64,000 bases of DNA from Cyanobacteria bacterium auto_48_18 (lineage in GTDB: Bacteria; Cyanobacteriota; Vampirovibrionia; Obscuribacterales; Obscuribacteraceae): positions 32,001 through 96,000 of the forward strand of contig JAVHQC010000025.1 in assembly GCA_036170915.1 (NCBI GenBank). Reading direction: 5' to 3'. The notes beneath the pieces were generated by a model. It made no database searches and had not been told where the DNA came from. It was given only the letters and a program-made list of their open reading frames with translations. Each line of letters opens with the position of its first letter. The stretch's first letter is position 1. The position numbers and the translations under genes were made by a program. This document shows positions 1-9,076 of the stretch, one piece after another.

Positions 1-81
1 CTATATATGGTGCCGCCGGAAGTGGCGAAAATTATTCAAAATAGTGGCTTTTATAAAGACAACGTCACCGTCCCTAAATAA
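1..81 (+). CDS. nadD: Nicotinate-nucleotide adenylyltransferase, C-terminal fragment cut by the window edge
   Basis: Frame 1 reads LYMVPPEVAKIIQNSGFYKDNVTVPK*, resembling the NadD C-terminal YLVP.AV..YI...GLY motif. It lies directly upstream of yqeK, the usual nadD-yqeK order. Confidence 0.65.
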   Translation, partial: LYMVPPEVAKIIQNSGFYKDNVTVPK

Positions 82-117
82 TCCAAGACAGAACAGAAAC
101 TACAAATAGAGACCAGT

Positions 118-846
118 ATGCCCAAGTCGTTAGCGAAAAACAAAAGCGAAAAAACAATCAAGCTGACTGTAAAAGATAAAGCAGTTAAATCAGGCAAAAA
201 AACTGCTCGTGTGCCTGGTGTTCCGTCCGGTATGACGCTTGATTTTGCCAGAGAATGGACTCAGCCACGCATTTCAAAAAAACGCTTTGAGCATGTTTGT
301 GGGGTGGCCGCAGTGGGCGATTTGCTGGCTAAAAAAGCGGGCGTCAATCGACTTTTAGTCGGCCTGGCTTGTTACCTGCACGATTGCTGTAAAGAAACCA
401 AAGACAAAGAACTCATTGAAAGGGCCCGTGCCTTCGGGCTTAAGTTGACGGCAATCGAAGAAGTAAATGGCCATTTATTGCATGGACCAGTGGCAGCTCA
501 GACCATTAAGGCAGAGTTGAAAATTACTAATGCTGAGGTATTGGCTTCAATCAGCGAACACACTCTTGGCAATGCGCCCATGTCTGATATCTCTAAAGTT
601 GTTTTTCTGGCTGATTGCCTCGAAGAGAGCCGGCCGAAAGATTTTACAGAGCCAATTTGGCAAGCACTGAACATACCCGTGCCCGGGTCGAACAAGAAAG
701 TTAACTTAGACCGCGCCATGCTTGTGGCTTGTGACCTGAGCTTGAGCCATTTGCTCAATGCTGGCAAGCCGATTCATCCGAAAACAGTGGATGTCAGAAA
801 CCATTTCCTGGGTATAGTTAGAACGGTTGAAAAATCGACAAATTAA
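118..846 (+). CDS. yqeK: HD-domain bis(5'-nucleosyl)-tetraphosphatase (Ap4A hydrolase), YqeK family
   Basis: Motifs RFEH, LHDCCKE, LLHGPVAA, HTLG and FLADCLEE.R; basic N-terminal extension; follows nadD. Confidence 0.85.
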   Translation: MPKSLAKNKSEKTIKLTVKDKAVKSGKKTARVPGVPSGMTLDFAREWTQPRISKKRFEHVCGVAAVGDLLAKKAGVNRLLVGLACYLHDCCKETKDKELIERARAFGLKLTAIEEVNGHLLHGPVAAQTIKAELKITNAEVLASISEHTLGNAPMSDISKVVFLADCLEESRPKDFTEPIWQALNIPVPGSNKKVNLDRAMLVACDLSLSHLLNAGKPIHPKTVDVRNHFLGIVRTVEKSTN

Positions 847-874
847 AGTAGAGAATCAGGACGGTTCAGAGCAT

Positions 875-1801
875 ATGATTATCAGACGGAAGGGCTCAAA
901 TTTAGTAGCAATGATGGCCCTGGCAGTTTTAGGCTCAGGCAGTGCACCAGCATGGGCGCAAGATGTATCTGCTGCAACAACATCGAGCAGCTCAAGCTCT
1001 AGCAGCTCTACTGCGGTTTCTGCGAGCACCAGTGATGCTCTTTCTCCTACGAGCTCTGGTGGTCTCTGGACTGCCCCCAACTATCAAGTACATCCATCTG
1101 AACGCTTCAAGCCTAAACGCCTGCCCGCTGACGTGGCTCCGCGAGATTTGAACGCCACCACTACCGCTGCTCCTACACTGGGTGTCACCCCGACTGGTAC
1201 CCAAGCAGGCATCACGGCTGTTCCTGCTGACCCTAATTCATCAGAACTGCGCCGCGATCGCCGTCGCACCATCACCCAACAAACAACTCCTGATTTTGTC
1301 TATGACGTGGCTGCAGCTAAGGAATTTACCAAGGCAGTCAGCTCAAGCCCTCAATATGTCTGGCTCAGCCCTGATAGACCGTCGCCTGCCAGTCAAACTC
1401 AATTTAAACAAAATCGGTTGCTTGCCACTGCCGAGCAACTGAACAAGCTTGATACCTATATCAAAGACTTGACCCAACGCATTCAAAATAACCTTTCGGT
1501 TCCCGGTACAGCTCAACTGGTAGAAACCAGCAATCGCAAATACAACTATCTAGTCAGCTTCGTAGTGAAGAATAACGGCCAGATAACCAACATCAATAAC
1601 GAAGACAAAGCTGGAACACTGACCGCTGTAACTCTTTCTGATGACACAGAAAACAGCGATGTCGTTCAGGCAATAAATCGCGCACTGATCAAAAGCTCAC
1701 CAGTAAAAGTGCCACCAGCTGGTTTCGCCCCCTGGTATATGTTGATGAAATATGACGTCAATACAGGCAAAGTTTTAGTTGCGTGCTTGAACGCTAAATA
1801 G
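875..1801 (+). CDS. Secreted protein with Ser/Thr-rich linker and possible TonB-C-like C-terminal domain
   Basis: Signal peptide ending APAWA-Q and poly-Ser. The C-terminus (YIKDLTQRIQNN...VSFVVKNNGQI...AINRALIKSSP...PP) resembles a TonB_C/TolA-like fold. ATG 875 is preferred over TTG 827, which lies inside yqeK. Confidence 0.5.
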   Translation: MIIRRKGSNLVAMMALAVLGSGSAPAWAQDVSAATTSSSSSSSSSTAVSASTSDALSPTSSGGLWTAPNYQVHPSERFKPKRLPADVAPRDLNATTTAAPTLGVTPTGTQAGITAVPADPNSSELRRDRRRTITQQTTPDFVYDVAAAKEFTKAVSSSPQYVWLSPDRPSPASQTQFKQNRLLATAEQLNKLDTYIKDLTQRIQNNLSVPGTAQLVETSNRKYNYLVSFVVKNNGQITNINNEDKAGTLTAVTLSDDTENSDVVQAINRALIKSSPVKVPPAGFAPWYMLMKYDVNTGKVLVACLNAK

Positions 1802-1832
1802 GCGCCCGCACCATGAAATTGACCAGTGCCAA

Positions 1833-2102
1833 TTAACCGGCATCAACTGCGTCAGCATTGCCTTTTTCCGCTTTGGCTTTGAGTTCACGTTCAAGGGCGG
1901 CAGCGCGGTCTAACCACGCCAGCGATACCATGATGATACCGAAAATGGTCATCAAAATGCCCCAGGGCACATTGATATTGAGCGGCAAGCCAACGTGATT
2001 AAAGTACAACTTGTCCACAGGCGGATTCATATAACCGTAAATGGCGAGCATAGAGCCCAGCACTAAAAACAAAAGTCCGATTGGTAGCCTTACATCGAGC
2101 AT
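1833..2102 (-). CDS. Small two-TM membrane protein accompanying the sodium:solute symporter
   Basis: Two hydrophobic helices (MLDVRLPIGLLFLVLG; NINVPWGILMTIFG); 13 bp downstream of the SSS gene. Confidence 0.7.
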   Translation of the reverse strand: MLDVRLPIGLLFLVLGSMLAIYGYMNPPVDKLYFNHVGLPLNINVPWGILMTIFGIIMVSLAWLDRAAALERELKAKAEKGNADAVDAG

Positions 2103-2115
2103 TTAGCAGCACCAT

Positions 2116-3768
2116 TTAGAAGAATAGATAATTGAAATAAGCAGTGACGATTAACAAGACTACGCCGCAAAAGGCAGGGTTGGTCAAGATTGATGATTTC
2201 TTCACCACACCAGCTTCTGCAGCCGACAAGCTGTCTTCCACACCCCAGACAAGGCCCCGCAATTCTTCAATTGGTTTGGGTTTTGTCAAATACGAAATAA
2301 TCAAAGTAACCACGAGACAGACAGTCCACGCCACAATTGAGCGGTGGAAATTGCCGGCCATGTCGCTTGTGTAATGAACCACACCTTTTACCGTCAAAAT
2401 GTAATGGACAAAGGCCGCGATGGTTCCGCTCAGCAAGCCGTAAAAAGCGCCCCAGGGTGATGTGCGTTTAAAGAACATTCCCAACAAAAATGTGGCAAAC
2501 AACGGAGCATTGAAGAAAGTGAAAATCAGCTGCATGTAATCCATGATATTTCTGAAATTCATCACCAGATAGCACGTGCCTACACTGACAAGAATTCCTA
2601 CCGCTGTAGCCACTCTGCCCATCCAGAGATAATGACTATCTGGCTTATCTTTAGCGATATAACTCTGATAAATATCATAGGTCCAGACAGTATTAAATGC
2701 GGTGACATTGCCTGCCATTCCAGACATAAAGCTGGCCAGCAATGCGGTTATACCAAGACCAAACAAGCCATTGGGATACATCACTGAAAGCAAGTAAGGA
2801 ATAGCCATGTTGTAGGAGAAATTGTCATTGTTGCTGCCTAACTGCGGTATCAAAACAATGGCAATCAAACCAGGTAACACGGTCAATAAGGGGAAGAAAA
2901 TCTTTGGAAAAGCAGCAATAATCGGTGTCATCTGCGCCGCTTTCAAATCTTCGGCCGCCAGCGCCCGTTGAATGACTAAAAAGTCTGTGCACCAGTATCC
3001 AAAGGACAGTACAAAACCGAGACCACCTATCAGGCCGAGCATATCAACCCCCATGGGGTTGCGGCCGTTGCCTACTTCCATCCAGATGTGAGCGAACCCC
3101 GGATTGCCAAACTGTTCGCACAGATTTTGCCAACTGCCGAAGCGCATCAAACCTAAGATTGAGACCGGAAGCAGACCAAAGACGATCAGGAAAAATTGCA
3201 AAACTTCATTATAGATAGATGAAGTCAAGCCACCAGTAATGGTGTAAGCCAAGACTACAAGCGCAGCAACAGCGATGCTGGCGTTCATATCCCAGTTTAA
3301 AAGTAATTTGAAAACTAGAGCCATGGCATATAGATTGATGCCACTCATGAGCACGGTCATCACCGCAAATGAAATGGCATTGAGCGCCCTGGTGGGCTCA
3401 TTGAAACGCTTGCGCAAATATTCAGGAACGCTGCGAATTTTCGATTTGTAGTAAAACGGCATCATAAAAACTGCCAGAAAAACCATGGCTGGGATTGCTC
3501 CCAGCCAGTAGAAATGGCAAGTCATCATGCCATATTGCGCGGCATTAGCCGCCATACCCATAACTTCAATGGCACCCAAATTGGCTGAAAGAAAAGCCAA
3601 TCCGGTGACCCAGCTCGGTATACGATGACCGGCAAGGAGAAAATCATCGCAACTCTTCATGTTTTTCTTGAGCTTAAAGCCCACGCCCAACACGAAAAAG
3701 AAGTAAATCAAGATCACGGCGTAGTCGATTGGCTGCGCAGTTACCGAGTGGGTGGCAATATTATTCAC
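2116..3768 (-). CDS. Sodium:solute symporter (SSS/SLC5), probably sugar or polyol
   Basis: About 13-14 TM helices; motifs DFLLAG, SVPEYLRKRF, YTITGGL, YWCTDFLVIQRALAA. Confidence 0.9.
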   Translation of the reverse strand: MNNIATHSVTAQPIDYAVILIYFFFVLGVGFKLKKNMKSCDDFLLAGHRIPSWVTGLAFLSANLGAIEVMGMAANAAQYGMMTCHFYWLGAIPAMVFLAVFMMPFYYKSKIRSVPEYLRKRFNEPTRALNAISFAVMTVLMSGINLYAMALVFKLLLNWDMNASIAVAALVVLAYTITGGLTSSIYNEVLQFFLIVFGLLPVSILGLMRFGSWQNLCEQFGNPGFAHIWMEVGNGRNPMGVDMLGLIGGLGFVLSFGYWCTDFLVIQRALAAEDLKAAQMTPIIAAFPKIFFPLLTVLPGLIAIVLIPQLGSNNDNFSYNMAIPYLLSVMYPNGLFGLGITALLASFMSGMAGNVTAFNTVWTYDIYQSYIAKDKPDSHYLWMGRVATAVGILVSVGTCYLVMNFRNIMDYMQLIFTFFNAPLFATFLLGMFFKRTSPWGAFYGLLSGTIAAFVHYILTVKGVVHYTSDMAGNFHRSIVAWTVCLVVTLIISYLTKPKPIEELRGLVWGVEDSLSAAEAGVVKKSSILTNPAFCGVVLLIVTAYFNYLFF

Positions 3769-3771
3769 TAG

Positions 3772-4110
3772 TTAATTAAAGTCTTGTGCTGCTTCGTTAT
3801 CACGCTTGCTGCCAAGTAAACGCAAACCGTTGGCGTGAATAATCGGTTTGACGTTCTTGTTGCCGCCATCATCGGTCCACTTATTGAAGTCCAGACGGCC
3901 TTCTATGCCGATTAAACTACCCTTACGTACATACTCTCCGGCAATCTCTGCCTGGCGTCCCCAAATCTCAATGTCAAACCAGTCGGTTTCTTTTTCTTTG
4001 GTAGGACGATTCACGGCCAGACTGAAAGTAGTCTTCACCCGTCCGGATTCGAAGTAGCGCATTTCGGGGTCGCGCCCGGCTCTGCCTACAAGAATCACCG
4101 AATTGACCAT
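3772..4110 (-). CDS. ssb: Single-stranded DNA-binding protein, short cyanobacterial type
   Basis: NSVILVGRAGRDPEMRYFESG, TDWF, KGSLIGIEGRL; 112 aa with a very short acidic tail. Confidence 0.95.
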   Translation of the reverse strand: MVNSVILVGRAGRDPEMRYFESGRVKTTFSLAVNRPTKEKETDWFDIEIWGRQAEIAGEYVRKGSLIGIEGRLDFNKWTDDGGNKNVKPIIHANGLRLLGSKRDNEAAQDFN

Positions 4111-4340
4111 TTCTCTATCTCCTTGAAAACGCCGTTTCTCGCCCCTTTGAAGAAACGAAAAAACGATTTAATTGCGCTGCTACAAGATTATCGAAAAATC
4201 GGCGGTAAAGATCGAGTGATTAGACGAAATTCTTACCTTCTTATGTGCCAGAATCAGATGCTAAGGGCTTGGCAGGCCGCCTTAATCAAAATCGCATCCA
4301 GATCGCATTCAGAATCTCAGATAAGTTAGCCTATAGAGAT

Positions 4341-5030
4341 ATGACAGACAGTATCAAAACAAACGAAATAGCCGCTCACCCTGACACCGGTCAGCAAGAA
4401 AGCATTCAGCAACCGGCCTGGCACGTGGTGATTTTGTCGATTTTCACATTCGGCGTCTATAACATGTACTGGCTATGGCGAAGCTTACGCACTCTGCGCG
4501 ATCGCTCTGAAGCTTTAAAAATTCAACTGGAGCAAAGTAAAAACGACCCCAGTCAGACTGAACCAGATTTGCGATTGCTCGGCCGATTGGAAAAAGCAGG
4601 CACGCTGCAAGCATATTTTGCCTTTGCCGAAGCGCGTCCAGTTTTAACCACAGCTCTTTTTGCCATCCCCGTAGTCAATTTGCTTGTATTGCTTGGATTT
4701 GCCAATGCAGTTGCCGGTCTCTGGCCTGACGGCGAAAGTATAGTAAGAAAAAAAAGCAAATTGATTGCATTTCTTGTCGCTCTTTTATTTGGCGCATTAA
4801 CTCTATTGATCAGACTAAAAGAGCCTTACCAGCTTCTCTATCTATCAAGTTCAATGGCGCTTTTTGTTGTGCAGGTCTGGCTCAACCGGCACTGGAAGCT
4901 GGTCGAAGGTGATGGCGAAGAGAAACTAGCACGTCAAGCCTTCAGCCCGGTCGAACTGGTTGCCATCATCTTTGGTGCCGCCTGGATCGGGTTAATCGCC
5001 ATTCACCCTGACCTCAAGTTCTACAAATAA
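4341..5030 (+). CDS. DUF4234-like multi-pass membrane protein
   Basis: VILSIFTFGVYNMYWLW motif plus four more hydrophobic segments; ATG 4341 preferred. Confidence 0.6.
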   Translation: MTDSIKTNEIAAHPDTGQQESIQQPAWHVVILSIFTFGVYNMYWLWRSLRTLRDRSEALKIQLEQSKNDPSQTEPDLRLLGRLEKAGTLQAYFAFAEARPVLTTALFAIPVVNLLVLLGFANAVAGLWPDGESIVRKKSKLIAFLVALLFGALTLLIRLKEPYQLLYLSSSMALFVVQVWLNRHWKLVEGDGEEKLARQAFSPVELVAIIFGAAWIGLIAIHPDLKFYK

Positions 5031-5039
5031 TTTTCAAAT

Positions 5040-5630
5040 TTAAAAGCCGTGTTTTTTTGCCCAGCGTAAAAGTTTGTCTGAAGATTCTAGCTCGAGCTTT
5101 TCGACCAGATGATCTACCACGTCAGCCAGGGCTTGTTCTGTTATGCCCATGCGTTCTGCTGCCTTGAGGAGCTTACCTTTCATGGTCATGTAGCGCAAAA
5201 CCGTGCGCTCTTGCACTGTTAACCGGGTTAAATAGCGAGGCAGACTTGGTGAAATCACTCCCTTAGAACCTTTTGACACCATCAGTAGTGCCATCTTAAT
5301 TAATGCCGGAGAATCGTCTTTAAGCACATAACCGGATGCGCCTGCTTCAAGCAAGTCTTGCACCTCAGCGGCTTTGCCCTGACTGGCGAAAATCACCACT
5401 TTCGCTCGTTTCAATTGGCTGAATTTTTTCAATAAGTCAAAAGTGCTATAGAGGCCCGGCAAGTGCAAATCGAGCAGAATTATGTCAGGCAACATTTGTG
5501 ACGCAACTTTCCATGCATCATTTGAGTTGTCGGCCTCAGCAATAACTTTAAGCAAATCACCCTGCGAGAGATGACTGACAATCTCTGCACGCACAGCAAC
5601 GTGATCATCTACAACCATTAATCTAATCAT
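5040..5630 (-). CDS. Response regulator (REC plus degenerate NarL/LuxR-type HTH)
   Basis: VVDDH, PDIILLDLHLPG, GASGYVLKD; C-terminus LTVQERTVL...KLEL...LLRWAKKHG. Confidence 0.85.
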   Translation of the reverse strand: MIRLMVVDDHVAVRAEIVSHLSQGDLLKVIAEADNSNDAWKVASQMLPDIILLDLHLPGLYSTFDLLKKFSQLKRAKVVIFASQGKAAEVQDLLEAGASGYVLKDDSPALIKMALLMVSKGSKGVISPSLPRYLTRLTVQERTVLRYMTMKGKLLKAAERMGITEQALADVVDHLVEKLELESSDKLLRWAKKHGF

Positions 5631-5648
5631 GCTTCAATAATACATGAC

Positions 5649-6365
5649 TTACTTGTTAGCGATGAGAACCCGGTTGCAACCGTCTTCTTTAGCTTGAATC
5701 AAAGCCTCTGATGCAGCTTCAAGCAAACCTTGCGGATCGTTCGAATGTTGCGGGTAGCTGGCCACCGCCAATGAGGCTGTAATCTTAATTGCCTTACCGG
5801 TTTTAGGCTCTTTCACTTCAAGCATGGAAATTCTGCGCCGTACTCTTTCTGCCACCACTGCAGCACCATCAGCGTCAGTCTCGTGAAGCACTGCTGCCAG
5901 TTCTTCTCCACCCCAGCGAGCCGGCATGTCAATTTCGCGCACAGAGCTTTTGAGAATCTTAGCTACTTCTACCAACACCAGATCGCCTACTTCATGACCA
6001 TATTTGAGATTGATATCACGCAGATGGTCAATATCAATAAGCATTAGCGATAGGGAATAACCGAGGCGCAGAGCGCGTTTAAGTGAGTGAGTCAAATGCT
6101 CTTTGAATATATGACGGTTAGGCAGTGCAGTGAGCACATCTTGCCCCATAACCTCTTGCAAGCGCGCTTCAGCATTTGCCAGCTGATGTCGCAACCTGTC
6201 GATTTCGCGATCTTTTTCGCGCAATAGCTTTTCGGTCTGCAGGGTTTGTCCCTGAATTCTGCGCACCTGTCCGGCGCCGGCAGCGACCGTGGCAGTGTCA
6301 GATGGCCGATGAGTCGACTGTCCGTGGAAAGTCTGCAACATCTCTGCAATTCGAGCCTTCATCAA
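5649..6365 (-). CDS. Diguanylate cyclase (coiled coil plus GGDEF)
   Basis: DVLTALPNR, DIDH, GHEVGD, I-site REID and active-site RWGGEEL. Confidence 0.9.
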   Translation of the reverse strand: MMKARIAEMLQTFHGQSTHRPSDTATVAAGAGQVRRIQGQTLQTEKLLREKDREIDRLRHQLANAEARLQEVMGQDVLTALPNRHIFKEHLTHSLKRALRLGYSLSLMLIDIDHLRDINLKYGHEVGDLVLVEVAKILKSSVREIDMPARWGGEELAAVLHETDADGAAVVAERVRRRISMLEVKEPKTGKAIKITASLAVASYPQHSNDPQGLLEAASEALIQAKEDGCNRVLIANK

Positions 6366-6636
6366 TCCCCCTTACCTCTGACTCCAGGACAACATACATC
6401 TAAGTGTTGCAGGAGCTGGTATTTAAATCGATTCTGCTGATCACTCGTTGACTGTATCTAGTAGATATAGCCTTATTCAGATCACATTTGATCGACTTGC
6501 TTATATTAGCTGTATTTAGTAATTAAGCAAATAAAGTCAGTGGGGTAAACCGCAAAAATTGACAAAATTGTTGGAAGAAATACGGATTATGAGTAAAATC
6601 ACCGCTTTCAAGCTGAGCTGGCCTTAATATTAGCGA

Positions 6637-8151
6637 TCAATTTATCGGCGCTCGACTGAACTCATCACCTTTGTCGTCAACCAATATCAATGAATACTTG
6701 TTCTTATGTGAATCCACACTAAAAGCCAGTTGTCCTGATTTTTCGCCCTTTGGCGGCACCACAAAAGAGTGCCTGGCGCTGCGAAAATCAACCGGATAAC
6801 GCACACCTTTATGCGAGACAACATAGAGCCTGCGTTTATCGACGGCATGCTTGCTGTTATTGACGATAGACATATCAACGAATAAAATTCGCGCACTTTT
6901 GTCAAAAGTAAATTTGTCTTTTTCAAAATGGTATTTATTGACCGAAAGGCGCAACCCTTCAAGCGTTTTCTTCTTTTGACCGGAAGGCAAATTTGCAGGA
7001 TTGAAGCCCGGCAGCGAAATGGGCTCTGCTGTTTCCAATCGCAATTCGTCATTGGGATAAATAGAGGCGATGTCGCCGTGACGCACCAGGGCCGATGTGA
7101 GGCCGACGGTGGCGCCAGCAGCGGCGCCGGCACCTACTGATATACCGTAAGTACTAATAGCTACTCCTATACCTGTCATTTGCACTGACAAAATTGAACC
7201 GGCTATAGCGCCTTTGGTGGCAAACATGACGTCGCGCCCCACTAGCTTGCTGATGGCCAGCATCTTGCTGTCGGCAGTAGAAATTTTGCACTTAAAAGGC
7301 AAATCATACTGGCCGTCTGGGCTGACAATTTTGTCGATCTCAATGTCTACTCGGCCTTTGACGCCATTGCGGCCCGGCCGGACAGCATCGGTGACGAATC
7401 CGTGGGCAATCCAGTTGCCCGGTAAAAAGACTCGGCCACTGCCACCATCTTTTACATCATGGGCAATACGAAAGGCGACCTGATCACCTTTCTGTGAAAT
7501 TTGGGAGTTGAGAAAACACTGTGCAATTAAGGCAACTTTGGTGCCTTCAGGCAAAGTCTGGAGCGAACCTTGCAAAATCGGCGAATTGGCCGGGTTAGCG
7601 CTGACTGACCCCTTAAGTAAATTGCCACCACCAATAAAATCGTTAGCCGGCAAAGAGAACCTTTGCTTGCCCCCAGAGTTAGCTATGGCCACTGAACGGT
7701 TAGATTCTTCAGGCGCCGCCACGGCGGTTTCAGTTGTTTCAGCTGTTTCAGTTGTCCCAGAAACTTTGGCGACTTCACGAGCTGCACCGGTCTCACCAGC
7801 TTGAGCACTTTCGGGCACCGTGGGCACTGCGGATGATACCTGGCCATCGATGCTGTCACTATCTGATGGTGCCGATGCGGAGGCTGAATCTGCGGCTGTG
7901 GGCTCCACCGGCAGTTTTTCATTTAAATCTGAGTCTATGGTCGATTGATAATTGCTGGCCAGATACGGATACGGGCTACGAGCACCACCAGCGGCACCGG
8001 TCGTTTTAACAGCCGCTTCACCAGATATGGTGCGCAGTAAATTTGAATTTGAATGAGCAGGCGCCGCACTCACTGATGCGGCAAGCAGCAGCTGTGCCGA
8101 CAAGGCAATTAACGAAGACAAGGCAGTAATATTCTTAGTGCTGCGAACCAT
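6637..8151 (-). CDS. Secreted protein with TrbI/VirB10-like beta domain, glycine zipper and DUF4352-like C-terminus
   Basis: Signal peptide; LPEGTKV...LNSQISQKGD...G.V....PGR....G pattern; GAGAAAGATVG zipper; beta-rich Ig-like C-terminus. Confidence 0.5.
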   Translation of the reverse strand: MVRSTKNITALSSLIALSAQLLLAASVSAAPAHSNSNLLRTISGEAAVKTTGAAGGARSPYPYLASNYQSTIDSDLNEKLPVEPTAADSASASAPSDSDSIDGQVSSAVPTVPESAQAGETGAAREVAKVSGTTETAETTETAVAAPEESNRSVAIANSGGKQRFSLPANDFIGGGNLLKGSVSANPANSPILQGSLQTLPEGTKVALIAQCFLNSQISQKGDQVAFRIAHDVKDGGSGRVFLPGNWIAHGFVTDAVRPGRNGVKGRVDIEIDKIVSPDGQYDLPFKCKISTADSKMLAISKLVGRDVMFATKGAIAGSILSVQMTGIGVAISTYGISVGAGAAAGATVGLTSALVRHGDIASIYPNDELRLETAEPISLPGFNPANLPSGQKKKTLEGLRLSVNKYHFEKDKFTFDKSARILFVDMSIVNNSKHAVDKRRLYVVSHKGVRYPVDFRSARHSFVVPPKGEKSGQLAFSVDSHKNKYSLILVDDKGDEFSRAPIN

Positions 8152-8163
8152 AACTATAATAAT

Positions 8164-8874
8164 TTAGAACTTTTTGGTGAGAATTGCTTTGATTTGATGA
8201 AACAGGCTCTTCTTCTTATTATCAGCGTTAACTTGCTGAGTTGTCTGATCTTTCATTAAGGCTTTGAGCCGCACTTCCAGGCTGCGAGCTTCAGGGTCGG
8301 AGGCATTTAAGCGCAAGGCGGTCTGAACTTCAGTCATAGCCAGGGTCTTCCAGCCGCGGGCCAAATAGATATCAGCCAGGCGATTGTGATACTTGGGCTC
8401 TTGCGGCACCAGTCGAATGGCCTCTTTCATGGCGGTCTCGGCTTCTTGATAGCGCTTTTTCTTGAGCAAGTCATCGGCGCGTGCAAGATGCTTATTGGCC
8501 CACTTCACATTAATGCTATCGTCGCCCGGAGCAGCAATCTGCTGACTAATAGACTCGCCATTGTGCAGCCTGTCTGAATCAGGAATCACAGAGCTGACCA
8601 CAAAAGAGCCGGTAGAGACCACTTCGGAGCGGCGTTTGGCCAGCTGTCGCAGGGCGTCATATTCCATGCGTCTTTCAGCGTCGCCTACCACGTCGTGGGC
8701 ACGGGTGACCTTAGCGAACTCAGTCTGAGCAATGGCTCTCTGCTCGGGATCATTAGGAAAGCGGTCAGGATGAAGCCTCTTCGCAAGCGCCAGATAGGCT
8801 TTGCGTATTTCATCCTGGGCGGCACCTTCGTCTACTCCTAAGATGCCGTAATAGTCTTCTTCAAACTCCTGCAT
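8164..8874 (-). CDS. J-domain plus TPR co-chaperone
   Basis: DYYGILGV...LHPDRF J domain with HPD; two C-terminal TPR repeats; divergent from clpB. Confidence 0.85.
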   Translation of the reverse strand: MQEFEEDYYGILGVDEGAAQDEIRKAYLALAKRLHPDRFPNDPEQRAIAQTEFAKVTRAHDVVGDAERRMEYDALRQLAKRRSEVVSTGSFVVSSVIPDSDRLHNGESISQQIAAPGDDSINVKWANKHLARADDLLKKKRYQEAETAMKEAIRLVPQEPKYHNRLADIYLARGWKTLAMTEVQTALRLNASDPEARSLEVRLKALMKDQTTQQVNADNKKKSLFHQIKAILTKKF

Positions 8875-8909
8875 TGATTAATCATATATGACAAACCAAA
8901 TTGCCGAAA

Positions 8910-8930
8910 TTAATCACCCAGGGTGATTAA
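8910..8930. promoter_or_regulatory. Perfect 10-1-10 palindrome in the J-TPR/clpB divergent promoter
   Basis: TTAATCACCC-A-GGGTGATTAA read directly; operator role inferred. Confidence 0.5.
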
Positions 8931-9076
8931 GCAAATAAAGAAATTATGGATTTATGAGCGGCCTATAAGCCAAGCTGTCCATAATCTAAATATGGGGAAT
9001 GCATGGCCACCCAGGCCTCTTTGCAACGCCCAGGGTGTCCTGTGCATAAACAGTTTAGAAGTCGAGGAAGCAAGAC

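Noticed and set aside
6366..6636. c-di-GMP riboswitch upstream of the GGDEF gene
   Set aside because: No GEMM-like conserved stems are recognisable.
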